This document shows, piece after piece, positions 27,158 to 37,007 of a stretch of 37,639 bases of DNA. Below the pieces are notes generated by a model, which was not told the origin of the DNA, searched no databases, and worked only from the letters and a program-made list of their open reading frames with translations. Position numbers and translations under genes: made by a program. The stretch comes from a virus (taxonomy: Duplodnaviria > Caudoviricetes), in the IMG/VR virus record IMGVR_UViG_3300049138_000306, positions 1 to 37,639 of that record. One strand, given 5' to 3'. Position 1 is the first letter of the stretch; every line of letters begins with the position of its first letter.

Positions 27158-27468
27158 GGCTCTGCCTCGACATGGGAATCCCGTCGGTCCGCGAACTCCT
27201 CCAGCGAGTGACCTCAGCCGAGATCACCGAGTGGATGGCGTTCGAGAAGATCAACGGTCCTCTGGGCGGCCAACGTACCGACTACGCCGCCGCACTCATC
27301 ACCAAGGCCATCTACGACGTCAACACCAAGAAACGCAAGCGACGCAAGCTGACCGACTTCCTCCTGAAGTGGGGCAGCGGCCGCCGTCGCCCGCGCACCG
27401 CCGCCGAGATGAGCGAACGAGTCCTCGCCGCATTCGGATTCACCAGCGACACCGACGAGGGGAGGTAA
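27118..27468 (+). CDS. Tail assembly chaperone -1 frameshift extension (GT)
   Basis: Slippery G-GAA-AAC at 27118-27124 shifts into GKLRRRPERKFLLRL...SAEITEWMAFEKINGPLG. Confidence 0.82.
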   Translation, partial: GKLRRRPERKFLLRLCLDMGIPSVRELLQRVTSAEITEWMAFEKINGPLGGQRTDYAAALITKAIYDVNTKKRKRRKLTDFLLKWGSGRRRPRTAAEMSERVLAAFGFTSDTDEGR

Positions 27469-27474
27469 CCGCCC

Positions 27475-29379
27475 ATGGCAGGTGTGCTCGAAGAGCTCAT
27501 GGTCAAGATCGGCGCCAACACCAAGGACGCCGAGAAGAAGATCGGCGGCTTCCAGAAGTTCGTCGACGGCGCCATGGACAAGATCGCCGGAGCCGGAGCA
27601 CTCGCCGGTGCCGGCCTCACCGCCTCCTTCGCGGAGGCGATCGGCCAAGAGGCGACCTCCGATCTCATGGCCGCCCAGCTCGACCTGACGACGGCCGAGT
27701 CCGAGCGCGCCGGCGACGTCGCCGGCGACCTCTTCGCGAACGCCTACGGCCAGTCTTTCGGAGAGGTCAACGAGGCACTGCGCGGCGTGATCGCCCAGAC
27801 CGGCGAGCTGGGCGACATCTCCGACGCCGAGCTGTCCGGCCTGGGCGCCAACGCGCTCGACCTCGCCAAGATCCTCGGCACCGACGTCGTCCGTGTGACG
27901 CAGGTGGCCGGCCAGGCCGTCAAGCACGGCCTGGCCGACAACATGGAAGACGCCTTCGACCTCATCGCCGCCGCCAGCCAGGAGACCATGCCGGGCCTCC
28001 AGGAGGACCTCCTGGACGCGGCCGACGAGTACGCCAAGTTCTTCGCCGACATCGGGCTCGACGGCGAACGGGCCTTCGGCATCCTCGCCACCGCCTCGCA
28101 AGACGGCATGCATGGCATCGACAAAGCAGGCGACGCGGTGAAAGAGTTCACGATCCGCGCGACCGACATGTCGACCACCTCGGTGGCTGCGTTCGACCTG
28201 ATCGGTCTCGACGCGCAGACCATGGCCAACGACCTGCTCGCTGGGGGCGACACCGCAGCTGGGGCGTTCGACACCATCGTCTCGGGGCTGCTCGGCATCG
28301 AAGATCCAGCCGACCGCGCGAACGCCGCCATCGCGCTGTTTGGCACCCCGCTCGAGGACCTCTCCGTCACCGAGATCCCGACCTTCCTTTCTGCGCTGAC
28401 CGACGCCGGCGGCGGCCTCGGCGACGTCGCCGGCGCCGCCGACGACGCCGGAGCGACGCTCAACGACAACGCCTCGACCGGGCTTCTCACCTTCGCCCGC
28501 ACACTCCGCACCGACGTGATCGCCAACCTGGAACCCCTGCTCCCGATGCTGACCGGGCTCGCAGCGTTCCTGACCCCGCTGACACCGCTGCTGCTGGGCA
28601 TCGCCGCGGCGCTCGGACTCATCGGCATCGGCCTCGCGATCTACAAGGCCGCCCTCATCATCGCCACCGTCGCCCAGTGGCTCTTCAACGCGGCCCTCTG
28701 GGCGAACCCCATCACCTGGATCATCATCGCCATCATCGCCCTGATCGCGATCGTGGTCCTGATGGTCATGTACTGGGACCAGATCGTCGCTGCCCTCGGC
28801 GTCGCGTGGGCATGGATCAAGCAGGGCGCGTCGGACCTAGCCAGCTGGGTCGTTGATGCGTTCTGGTCCATAGTGGATGGAGTGGCGTCCGGCCTGTCGT
28901 CCATGGTCGGCTGGATCGGCGACAAGTGGGCGGCCGGGGTCGCGCTGGTCAGGGCCGCGATCGCCGCGATCGGCGGCTTCCTATCCGGCATGTGGGACGG
29001 GATCACCCAAGGACTGAAATCAGCGCTGAACGGTGCGATCGGCCTGATCAACAGCGCGATCGGTGGAATCAACACGCTCATCTCCGGCGCAAACCAGGTA
29101 CCTGGTGTGTCGATTCCGTCCATCCCGAAGATCCCGATGCTCGCCGACGGCGGCATCGTCACCGGACCCACGCTCGCCATGATCGGCGAGGGCGCCAACG
29201 ACGAGGCCGTAGTCCCGCTGCCGCGCGGCGCCCGCAGCCTCACCGAAGGCGGCGGCCAAACCGACATCTATCTCCACTTGGAGAGCGACGACGAAGACCT
29301 GTTGCGGCGCATCCGCCGAACCGTCCAGGTCCGCGGCGGCGGCAACGTCCAACTCGTGTTCGGATCAGGGAGGGTCTAA
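27475..29379 (+). CDS. Tape measure protein
   Basis: Ala/Gly-rich; DKAGDAVKEF; ANPITWII; IPMLADGGIV..PTLAMIGE. Confidence 0.95.
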   Translation: MAGVLEELMVKIGANTKDAEKKIGGFQKFVDGAMDKIAGAGALAGAGLTASFAEAIGQEATSDLMAAQLDLTTAESERAGDVAGDLFANAYGQSFGEVNEALRGVIAQTGELGDISDAELSGLGANALDLAKILGTDVVRVTQVAGQAVKHGLADNMEDAFDLIAAASQETMPGLQEDLLDAADEYAKFFADIGLDGERAFGILATASQDGMHGIDKAGDAVKEFTIRATDMSTTSVAAFDLIGLDAQTMANDLLAGGDTAAGAFDTIVSGLLGIEDPADRANAAIALFGTPLEDLSVTEIPTFLSALTDAGGGLGDVAGAADDAGATLNDNASTGLLTFARTLRTDVIANLEPLLPMLTGLAAFLTPLTPLLLGIAAALGLIGIGLAIYKAALIIATVAQWLFNAALWANPITWIIIAIIALIAIVVLMVMYWDQIVAALGVAWAWIKQGASDLASWVVDAFWSIVDGVASGLSSMVGWIGDKWAAGVALVRAAIAAIGGFLSGMWDGITQGLKSALNGAIGLINSAIGGINTLISGANQVPGVSIPSIPKIPMLADGGIVTGPTLAMIGEGANDEAVVPLPRGARSLTEGGGQTDIYLHLESDDEDLLRRIRRTVQVRGGGNVQLVFGSGRV

Positions 29380-32178
29380 GTGGCGAACCACGCCGTCGAG
29401 CTGTACTACGACCAGGGCTGGCACGACATCACCGCCGACGCGCGCGAGTCCGCGGTCATCGGGATCACCCGCGGCCGCCGCGACTGGGCGTCGAGCACCG
29501 ACGCGGCCACCTGCAAGCTGAGGGTCAACAACGGCGCCAGCAAGGTCGCGCCTGGCGTCTTCGGTCGGTACTCGATCCGCAACCCGCTCAGCGACCTATG
29601 GGGCAAGATCGGCCGCAACACTCCTATCAGGATCCGGGTCGGGCCTCGCCGCGGCTACCTGTGCACGTACGGGACCATCGACCCGTACATGTACGCCTCC
29701 ACCCCCGACCACGCCAGCCTCGACATCGGCGGCGACTTCGGGGTCGAGGTCGAGCTGGAGCCCGCGTCGTGGCGTCAGAGCGCTCCGCGAGGGTTCCGCG
29801 GCATCGCCCGCAAATACCACCAAACCAGCGATCAGCGATCATGGTCGATCCGGATCAGCCCGGAGGGCATTCCCCGGTTCACGTGGTCGACCGACGGCAC
29901 CGCCCCCTCGCTCATCGAGGTGCCGGCGACCGTCCCGGTGCCGACCGACCGGCGCATCCGCGCCCTCGGCATCGACTTCAAGGGCGACAACGGCGCGGGC
30001 GGGCACACCGTCACGTTCAAGATCGCCGACGGTATCGACGGCACCTGGGACCAGCTGGGCGACCCGTTCATCGGCGTCGGTGTCAGCTCGATTTTCCCCT
30101 CCACGGCGTCGGTCGAGGTGGGCCGGACCGGCCCGTTCGGCAGCCCCGCCGATCCTTACATCGGACGCGTCTACGCGCTCCGCCTGTACAACGGCGGCCT
30201 CGGCGGGACCCTCGTCGCCGACGGCGACTTCAGGGAACTGGAGCCCGACACCGCGAGCTTCACCGACAGCGTCGGGCGGCTCTGGACGGTCCAAGAGGCC
30301 GGCTTCGTGCGCGACGCCTCCCTGCGATTCAGCGGCGAGGTCGCCTCCTGGCCGATCCAATGGGACCTGTCCGGCGCCGACCTGTGGGCCGACCTCGAGG
30401 CTGCCTCGATCCGCCGCCGCCTCGAACAGGGCGGCAACCTGAAATCGAGTCTGTACCGGGACCTGTCGATCAGGGAGAACGTGGTCGCCTACTACCCCAT
30501 GGAAGAGCCCGCCGGCGCGGATCGGTTCGCCTCGGGCCGGGTCGGCGACTTCACCTATCTGCGCCCCGACAACCCCGCACAGGTCAATATGGCGGCCTCG
30601 GACGTGTTCGTCGCGAGCGACAAGCTGCCGACGCTCGGCGACACCATCGTCCAGGGCACGCTGCCGTCCTATACTCCAGACGCTGCCCAGCGGATGGTGT
30701 TCCTGCTGGCCGTCCCCAACGAAGGCATCGCGACCGACCGCCACATCGCCCGCCTCTACACCTCCGGCACGATGAGCCGCTGGGAGATCCTGTACCTGGC
30801 CGGCGGCGGCGGGCGCCTCCGCGCCTACGACGACGACGGCGCCCTGGTCTTCGACCACGGGCCCGAAGGCGCCGACCTCGACGGCACCCTGCAGATGCAC
30901 AGCTTGTGGCTCGAACAGCAGGGCGCGAATGTGTTCTACCAGTGGGCACGGTTCCCCCTCGACAGCGGCGGTGCCTTCGTCGTCGACGAAGGCACCGTCG
31001 CGGGCAAGACGTTCGGCAAGTTCACCAAGGTCCAGCTCGGCACCACCGCGGTCGAGGGCTTGGAGAACACCGCTATCGGCCACCTGGCGCTCCTGAACGG
31101 TGACGTCCACTCCATCTGGAACGTCGTCGGCGAATCCCTCTCCGCATGGTCCGGCGAAACCGGGATCGAGCGGCTGCAGCGCCTGGCCGCCGACGAAGGG
31201 CTGCCAACTCTGCGCCAGCTCGGCGACGGCGACACCGAGACCATGGGACCCCAGCGGATCCGCGGCCTGGTCGACCTCATGGAGGAAGTCCCGACCGCGG
31301 ACCTCGGCCTGCTCACCGACCGGCCCGACGTGTCCGCGCTGGCCTACCGAACCCGCGAATCGCTCTACGACCAGGAGCCCAAACTCATCCTGGACTATTC
31401 GACCGGCGTGATCGCCGCCCCGTTCCGCCCGATCGAGGACGACCAGGGCACCCGCAACAAAGTCACCGTGAGCCGGGTCCGCGGATCCTCGTTCACTGCC
31501 GTGGCCGAGACCGGGCCGCTGTCCATTCAGCCGCCGCCGGCGGGCGTCGGCGTCTACGACTACTCGCAAGAGCTGAACATCGACTCGGATGACCGGCTGC
31601 CCGATCAGGCCGGCTGGCGTCTCCACCTGGGCACCATCGACGGTGCCCGCTATCCGAACGTCCGCCTGAACCTGCGCAACCCCCGCGTCGCCCTGATCAA
31701 GGACCACGTCATGGCCGTCGAGGAGGGCGACCTCATCCGGATCACCGGCCTCCCGCCGCAGCTGCCGCCCGGCCCCCTCGATCTCCTCGTCGAGGGCCTG
31801 GACGAGGAGATCGGCGCCGAAACCCACGAGATCGGCTTCAACGCCAGCCCGGGTGAGGCGTGGTCGACGTTCATCCTCGACCACGACGTACTCGGTCGCC
31901 TCGACACCGGCGGGGCGAGCCTCGCCCTCGGCGTCGACGCGACCGCGACCGAACTCGTCGTCGCCACCGACACCGGCAAACGACCGTGGATCCAATTCGG
32001 ACTCGGCGCTGACGCGTTCGACATCACCGTCGGCGGCGAGACCATGCGCGTCCTCGCCATCACCGGCGACGCCTCCCCGCAGGAGTTCACGGTCCTGCGC
32101 TCGCTCAACGGCATCGTGAAACCCCAAACGGCCGGCACCAGCGTGGCCCTGGACTCGAGGCACGTGATCGCCCTATGA
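29380..32178 (+). CDS. Large tail-tip protein (probable LamG-like domains)
   Basis: Directly after the tape measure; W.DIT...ITRGR, GRNTPIRI, VAYYPMEE, VGGETMRV..I, FTV.RS.NG. Confidence 0.8.
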   Translation: MANHAVELYYDQGWHDITADARESAVIGITRGRRDWASSTDAATCKLRVNNGASKVAPGVFGRYSIRNPLSDLWGKIGRNTPIRIRVGPRRGYLCTYGTIDPYMYASTPDHASLDIGGDFGVEVELEPASWRQSAPRGFRGIARKYHQTSDQRSWSIRISPEGIPRFTWSTDGTAPSLIEVPATVPVPTDRRIRALGIDFKGDNGAGGHTVTFKIADGIDGTWDQLGDPFIGVGVSSIFPSTASVEVGRTGPFGSPADPYIGRVYALRLYNGGLGGTLVADGDFRELEPDTASFTDSVGRLWTVQEAGFVRDASLRFSGEVASWPIQWDLSGADLWADLEAASIRRRLEQGGNLKSSLYRDLSIRENVVAYYPMEEPAGADRFASGRVGDFTYLRPDNPAQVNMAASDVFVASDKLPTLGDTIVQGTLPSYTPDAAQRMVFLLAVPNEGIATDRHIARLYTSGTMSRWEILYLAGGGGRLRAYDDDGALVFDHGPEGADLDGTLQMHSLWLEQQGANVFYQWARFPLDSGGAFVVDEGTVAGKTFGKFTKVQLGTTAVEGLENTAIGHLALLNGDVHSIWNVVGESLSAWSGETGIERLQRLAADEGLPTLRQLGDGDTETMGPQRIRGLVDLMEEVPTADLGLLTDRPDVSALAYRTRESLYDQEPKLILDYSTGVIAAPFRPIEDDQGTRNKVTVSRVRGSSFTAVAETGPLSIQPPPAGVGVYDYSQELNIDSDDRLPDQAGWRLHLGTIDGARYPNVRLNLRNPRVALIKDHVMAVEEGDLIRITGLPPQLPPGPLDLLVEGLDEEIGAETHEIGFNASPGEAWSTFILDHDVLGRLDTGGASLALGVDATATELVVATDTGKRPWIQFGLGADAFDITVGGETMRVLAITGDASPQEFTVLRSLNGIVKPQTAGTSVALDSRHVIAL

Positions 32179-33419
32179 CCGTCACCTCCATGGTCGTCGG
32201 CGCCACGTCGGCGACCACCGCCCGCCTCAACGCCAAGATCACCGGGTCGTCCGTCGGGTTCGCCGTCGCCGACAACCCGGCCATGACCGGCGCCGTCCTC
32301 ACCGCGAACGTCGCGGTCAACAGCTACAACGCCGCGACCATCGAGGTCACTGGCCTGGCGCCGGGCACCCGGTACTGGTGGCGGGGCCGCGACGGCGGGG
32401 TCACCGACGCGACGTTCACCGGGCAGCTGCTCACCGAGCCCGCCGCCACCGGCGAGCCCGGGTCGTTCACGATCGCCATGTCCGGCGACGCGGGCCTCTC
32501 CCCGATGTTCCGCGGGGTCTCCGGGCCGGCACCGCAACGCCAGTCCAACGCCCCGATCTACGACCTCCTCCGCCAGCGGGCCCTGGCCGAGGACTGGATC
32601 CGCTTCTGCCACTGGGGCGACCGCACCTACTACGACCTGGGTTCGGGCAACCACGGCCTGTCCGCCGCCGCCACCCTCGCCCAGTACCTGAGCATGGATG
32701 ACGACTTGTTCGCCAACCCCCGGCAACACGAGCTGTACCGGTCGGTCCCCATCACCTTGAAGTACGACGACCATGACCACTCTGAAAACGACGGCACCTC
32801 TCTCTCCGTCGGATCGCCGAACGCCCGCCACGCCTACCGCCTGCGCTGGCCCTCAGGCGACCTCCCGGCCGGGGACACCAGCCCGATCTATGAGGCATGG
32901 CAGACCTGCCGCGTCCAGTTCATCGCCCTCGACACCCGCGGCGCGCGCGTCACGGGCTCGACCATGCTCGGCGCCGCCCAGCTCGCCTGGCTCGAGAACC
33001 TCCTCGCCACCACGCCCGCCTCGGCGCTGGTCCTCGCCTCCCCGACACCGTGGATCGGAGCGGCCGGCGGCGACACGTGGTCCGGGTTCCCGACCGAGCG
33101 CGCCGTCGTCGCCGAGATGCTCGGCGACTACGGCTGGCTGGACCGCATGTGGTTCGTGACCGCCGACGTCCACGCCAACGGCATCGGCACCGGCGCGACC
33201 AACCCCTACGGCGGGTTCCCGCTGCTGGTGTGCGGCGCGCTCGACGCCGACTGGTCCAACACCATCTTGAAATCCGAGTACGACCAGTTCTGGCGCAACG
33301 GCCGCAACCAGTACGCGACGCTGCGCGTCGACGACCGCGGTGGCGACATCGCCATGACCGCGACCCTGTGGCAGCAGCGCCGCGCCCAGTCCTGGCGCAC
33401 CATCACCGTTCACGCCTAG
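32175..33419 (+). CDS. PhoD-like metallophosphoesterase with FN3-like N-terminus
   Basis: GLAPGTRYWW, HWGDRTYYD, YDDHD, ALDTR, TMLGAAQLAWL, DTWSGF..ER, ADVH; no Tat signal. Confidence 0.85.
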   Translation: MTVTSMVVGATSATTARLNAKITGSSVGFAVADNPAMTGAVLTANVAVNSYNAATIEVTGLAPGTRYWWRGRDGGVTDATFTGQLLTEPAATGEPGSFTIAMSGDAGLSPMFRGVSGPAPQRQSNAPIYDLLRQRALAEDWIRFCHWGDRTYYDLGSGNHGLSAAATLAQYLSMDDDLFANPRQHELYRSVPITLKYDDHDHSENDGTSLSVGSPNARHAYRLRWPSGDLPAGDTSPIYEAWQTCRVQFIALDTRGARVTGSTMLGAAQLAWLENLLATTPASALVLASPTPWIGAAGGDTWSGFPTERAVVAEMLGDYGWLDRMWFVTADVHANGIGTGATNPYGGFPLLVCGALDADWSNTILKSEYDQFWRNGRNQYATLRVDDRGGDIAMTATLWQQRRAQSWRTITVHA

Positions 33420-33431
33420 CAGGAGGTTCCA

Positions 33432-33935
33432 TTGCCGATCCAGTTCGGGGCCGGGCAGCGGCTCACCGCCGACGCCCTCCAGGCCCTCGCCCCCAAAGTG
33501 ATCACTCAGGGCACGCAGCAGGACGTCATCTCCTCGGTCACGCTGATCGACACGGCGATCGTCGTGCCCGTCGCCGACCGCACCGAGATCCGCCTCGACC
33601 TGCGCCACTCCGCCGGCGGTGGCGGCATCCGCTGGGCCTGGCGCTCCGCCGGCACCATCACCACCCTGCTGCGGTCGATCCTGTCGCCCGGGGCGCCCAC
33701 CACCGGAAGCAACTTCGACATCGGCGAAATGCGGTTCCGGTCGATCGCCACACCCGGCGAGGTCCAGACCGTCCCCCAGTACCAGTCCGGCTCCACCAAC
33801 GTCATCTGGGAAACCCTGCTGGTCGAGGGCTCGGGGGACCTGATCTTCCAGTTCGCGCAGGAAACCAGCAACGCCGGCGCCACATCCATCAACGCCAACG
33901 CGCACGCCGTGTACAGCCGCCTCGCCGTCCTTTAA
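33432..33935 (+). CDS. Minor tail protein
   Basis: AGGAGG then TTG; N-terminal F.AGQRLTA..L motif; beta-rich. Confidence 0.7.
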   Translation: MPIQFGAGQRLTADALQALAPKVITQGTQQDVISSVTLIDTAIVVPVADRTEIRLDLRHSAGGGGIRWAWRSAGTITTLLRSILSPGAPTTGSNFDIGEMRFRSIATPGEVQTVPQYQSGSTNVIWETLLVEGSGDLIFQFAQETSNAGATSINANAHAVYSRLAVL

Positions 33936-33945
33936 AGGAGGACCC

Positions 33946-34848
33946 ATGCCCAGCATCATCTCGCGCGCCTCATGGGGCGCCCGAGCGCCGCGGAGCCGCG
34001 ACAGCGCCTCCTGGTCCGATCGGACCGGCGTCGTCGTCCACCACTCCGGCGCCGACGGCGACCAGACCGTGAAGCAGATCCAGGCGTTCCACATGGACAC
34101 CAGGAAGTGGTCGGACATCGGCTACAACTTCCTCGTCGACAAGCACGGCCGCGTCTACGAGGGCCGCGGCTGGACCACCGTCGGCGCCCACGCCGCCGGC
34201 GCGAACACAGCGAACATCGGGATCTGCGTCATCGGCGACTACGACGACCGCCTCCCCCCAGAGGCCACCCTCGACGCGCTCGCCTGGTTCTACGACGAAG
34301 CCGTCCGCCGGAAGGGATCGGGCCTCGCCGTCCGCACCCATCGCATGGTCGGCTCCACCGAATGCCCCGGCGACAAGCTCCACGCCTGGGTCCGCGCGAA
34401 CCTCGCCAGCCACGACCACAACAACCCTGACACCCCCAACCCGTCAGAACCCAACACCATCGATGGAGGCATCATGCTCCCCAAAAAGGGCGACACCGGC
34501 CCCGCCGTCGGCTACTGGCAGCGCATGCTCATCGCCGCCGGCGAGACGCTGCCCAAGTACGGCGTCGACGAGGACTACGGCGACGAAACCACGGCCGCGG
34601 TCGCGTCCTGGTTCAAGAAGGCCAGCGACGGCAAGACGACTTACCACGGCCGCCAGATCACGTCGTGGATCGCGCTCAACCTCCAGCGGCAGGTGCTCGG
34701 CGGCACCGGCCCCTCGCCCGAGCAGATCGCCGCGGCGGTCGCCGACCACCTCAAGAAGCATCCGCCTGCGCTTGCTGGCTCGGTCACCTTCTCCGCCGGC
34801 ACCCTCACCTTCTCCGCCGGCACCCTCACGGGCCTGAAGGTCAAGTAG
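33946..34848 (+). CDS. Endolysin: Amidase_2 (PGRP-like) plus PG-binding domain
   Basis: SRASWGA, VVHHS, WSDIGYNFLV..G.VYEGRG, GAH, HR...TECPG; LPKKGDTGPAV..WQ..L...DEDYGDET..AV. Confidence 0.93.
   Translation: MPSIISRASWGARAPRSRDSASWSDRTGVVVHHSGADGDQTVKQIQAFHMDTRKWSDIGYNFLVDKHGRVYEGRGWTTVGAHAAGANTANIGICVIGDYDDRLPPEATLDALAWFYDEAVRRKGSGLAVRTHRMVGSTECPGDKLHAWVRANLASHDHNNPDTPNPSEPNTIDGGIMLPKKGDTGPAVGYWQRMLIAAGETLPKYGVDEDYGDETTAAVASWFKKASDGKTTYHGRQITSWIALNLQRQVLGGTGPSPEQIAAAVADHLKKHPPALAGSVTFSAGTLTFSAGTLTGLKVK
34784..34829 (+). repeat. 21-bp tandem duplication in the endolysin tail
   Basis: TCACCTTCTCCGCCGGCACCC twice, encoding TFSAGTL twice. Confidence 0.9.
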
Positions 34849-34851
34849 CCC

Positions 34852-35229
34852 ATGACCGTCGACATCCTCGTCGTCCTAGCGTTCCTCGGCGCGCTCGGTG
34901 CGCTCGCCACCTATGCGGCGAACGCATTGCGCGGCATCAGGATGTGGGTGCGCAAAACGGCCGCATCGACTGAGCGCGCTGAGGAGCAGCTGACGACCGA
35001 GAGCGGCGTGCCCATCGCCGTCCAGATCGAGCGCACCGCCATCTCACTCGACCGCATCAACAGCCGCTTGGACCAGCAGGACCGGCGCCTGGACACCCAG
35101 GACGCCACCGTGCGCGAAACGTACGACGTCGCGATCGGCGCACGCGCCATCGCGACCGACGTCCGCGACCGGCTCGACCGCCACCTCATCTACGACCACG
35201 GCGCGCAAACCGCACCAGCACAGGAGTAA
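34852..35229 (+). CDS. Single-TM coiled-coil lysis-cassette protein
   Basis: N-terminal TM, heptad-like region, RLDRH C-terminus. Confidence 0.7.
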   Translation: MTVDILVVLAFLGALGALATYAANALRGIRMWVRKTAASTERAEEQLTTESGVPIAVQIERTAISLDRINSRLDQQDRRLDTQDATVRETYDVAIGARAIATDVRDRLDRHLIYDHGAQTAPAQE

Positions 35230-35233
35230 CACC

Positions 35234-35587
35234 ATGTACGACAACCCGGTCCCGCCCTCCACCAGTACCGCGCCCGGCGTCGTGCGCACCGTCGTGCCGC
35301 TCGCCGTCGGCGGCATCGTCTCCGGCGCGCTCGCGCTCGGCGTCGACCTCGGCCCCGACGCCGAGACCGTGCTCGCCCCAGCCGTCGCGCTCCTCGTCGG
35401 CGGCTTCTACTACTGGGCCGTCCGCAAGATCGCGAAGCGCTTCCCGTGGGTCGAGCACCTGCTCGGCGTCGCACGCGTCCCGGTCTTCCACGAGGCGACC
35501 ACGCGTTCCGTGGTCGACCCCGTCACCGGCGACGTGGTCCTGGCCTACGTGATCACCAACGTGCCCGGCCGGTCCAAGCTGGGGTGA
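35234..35587 (+). CDS. Putative holin
   Basis: AGGAG RBS; VRTVVP.AVG, two TMs, YY..VR....FPW...LLG. Confidence 0.72.
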   Translation: MYDNPVPPSTSTAPGVVRTVVPLAVGGIVSGALALGVDLGPDAETVLAPAVALLVGGFYYWAVRKIAKRFPWVEHLLGVARVPVFHEATTRSVVDPVTGDVVLAYVITNVPGRSKLG

Positions 35588-35639
35588 CCTACAGAATCTG
35601 ACCGGAAATGAGGCGGCCGACCGCTCTCTAGCCCACATG

Positions 35640-35678
35640 AAAAAGGCGCCCACCCCCGTGCGAGGGTGGGCGCCTTTC
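35640..35678. terminator. Bidirectional intrinsic terminator
   Basis: AAAGGCGCCCACCC/GGGTGGGCGCCTTT between convergent genes, with A/T tails. Confidence 0.88.
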
Positions 35679-35689
35679 GTCGTGTCCGG

Positions 35690-36463
35690 TTACGCCGCGG
35701 CAGGCGCGAACTCGTCCTCGGCTCGGCGGGCCTTGCTGATCGCGAGCAGGGCGACACCGGCGACCACGATGAACACGTCGAGGACGATCGGGCCGATCAA
35801 CGCGGTGAACGCGGACTCGCCGAACGCCAGCAGCAGGCCGTGGTGGTGCTGGTAGCTGATAGCGAACGCGCCGACGCCGACCAGGACCGTGCCGATGTAA
35901 CCCGGAATCCACCACCGCCAGCCTGCCGGCCACGCTACGCGCGAGACGACCTCGACCGCGGCCGCCAGGAACACCGGCCACAAGGAGGCCATGCCGATCG
36001 ACCCGTAACGCACGATCGCCTCCTCGGGCCTGATCACGATCAGCACGTGCCCGATGTTCGCCGCGATCGACACGACGAGACCGAGAGCGAAAAAGGAGCG
36101 CGCGGCGACCACACCACGGCTGGCCGTGCGGGCCATGCGCTCCGGCTCCGCCTGAGCCTTCGCCCGTGCGCTTTCCGCGCGGGCCCGCTTCGGCCTCGCG
36201 GGCTCCTCGGCCAGCGGCAGCGTCGGCGCATCCGCCTTCGTGGCCGTTACACGCTTCGCGTCCGCCTTCGCGGCCTTGCGCCGCGCCGCGGTCTCTGCGG
36301 AGATGACCTTTTGCGTCCAGCGCGGCTTGAGCCCTTCCAGCTCGCGCGCGATGTCCGCGCCCGTGCGCGGAGCGCCCGCCGCGCAGCTCGCGTCATACAG
36401 CCGCAGCACCTCAGCGCGCGCGGCCTCGTCGGGACTCCAAGTGCGCTCGATGACGTCTACCAT
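35690..36463 (-). CDS. DUF2637-like four-TM protein with N-terminal HTH
   Basis: AGGAG RBS; TGADIARELEGLKPRWTQKVI; SIAANIGH, AFAISYQH....FGE, PIVLD. Confidence 0.75.
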   Translation of the reverse strand: MVDVIERTWSPDEAARAEVLRLYDASCAAGAPRTGADIARELEGLKPRWTQKVISAETAARRKAAKADAKRVTATKADAPTLPLAEEPARPKRARAESARAKAQAEPERMARTASRGVVAARSFFALGLVVSIAANIGHVLIVIRPEEAIVRYGSIGMASLWPVFLAAAVEVVSRVAWPAGWRWWIPGYIGTVLVGVGAFAISYQHHHGLLLAFGESAFTALIGPIVLDVFIVVAGVALLAISKARRAEDEFAPAAA

Positions 36464-36494
36464 TGATAACTCCTGTCTCTCTCAGATGGGGTTA

Positions 36495-36537
36495 GAGGAG
36501 CGCCCGCCTGCCGTCCAAAGCTCGGCGGGCGCTCCTC
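36495..36537 (-). promoter_or_regulatory. 14-bp intercistronic hairpin
   Basis: GAGGAGCGCCCGCC/GGCGGGCGCTCCTC with a 15-nt loop and no U-tract. Confidence 0.6.
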
Positions 36538-36543
36538 GCTGGT

Positions 36544-36831
36544 CTACAAGTAGCGGCGGATGAGGTGCTTGTCCTCGCCACCGGCGTAGATGGCGGCCTC
36601 ACGGTCTGCGGGGGTGAGGGCCTTGCGGTTAACTTCGGCGATGAGTTGGAACTGCCCGTTCAAGAAGAGGTGGCGGATGGCGGCGTCGACCTCCCCGCGG
36701 GTGAGGGTGCCTTCCAGTTCGGCGCGGAGGCGGGTGAGCGGGACCCAGTCCCATCCGTCCCGGTTCGGGTCGGCGGTCAGGTAGTAGGCGGCCTTGACGG
36801 TCTCGGCGGCGTCGGCGATCACGATGCTCAT
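36544..36831 (-). CDS. 95-aa hypothetical protein coupled to the Phd-like gene
   Basis: ATGA overlap with the upstream gene; WVPLTRLRAEL...RGEVDAAI..L is possibly a winged helix. Confidence 0.75.
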   Translation of the reverse strand: MSIVIADAAETVKAAYYLTADPNRDGWDWVPLTRLRAELEGTLTRGEVDAAIRHLFLNGQFQLIAEVNRKALTPADREAAIYAGGEDKHLIRRYL

Positions 36832-37001
36832 GCGGGGTTCCTGTCTCGCGAGGGAGTGTCGGCTTGCTCGTCGCCTTCGTAGGGGGTGATCTGGGCGATG
36901 GGTTTCCCGTAGTGGGTGATGACCACGGTGCCTCCGGTGCGGACTGCCTGGAGGACTTCGGCGGCTCGGCGCGGGAGTTCGGAGGCTTTGATCGTGTCCA
37001 T
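36828..37001 (-). CDS. Phd/YefM-family antitoxin-like protein (57 aa)
   Basis: MDTIKASELPRRAAEVLQAVRTGGTVVITHYGKPIAQITPY; missing from the ORF track. Confidence 0.82.
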   Translation of the reverse strand: MDTIKASELPRRAAEVLQAVRTGGTVVITHYGKPIAQITPYEGDEQADTPSRDRNPA

Positions 37002-37007
37002 GCGTCG

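Noticed and set aside
26283-32163. Long alternative ORFs 26283..28856 (+), 28926..31103 (+) and 29839..32163 (-)
   Set aside because: Off-frame or antisense shadows of tail genes with Arg-rich or motif-free composition.
29380-33935. Diversity-generating retroelement acting on tail genes
   Set aside because: No reverse transcriptase and no TR/VR pair were seen.
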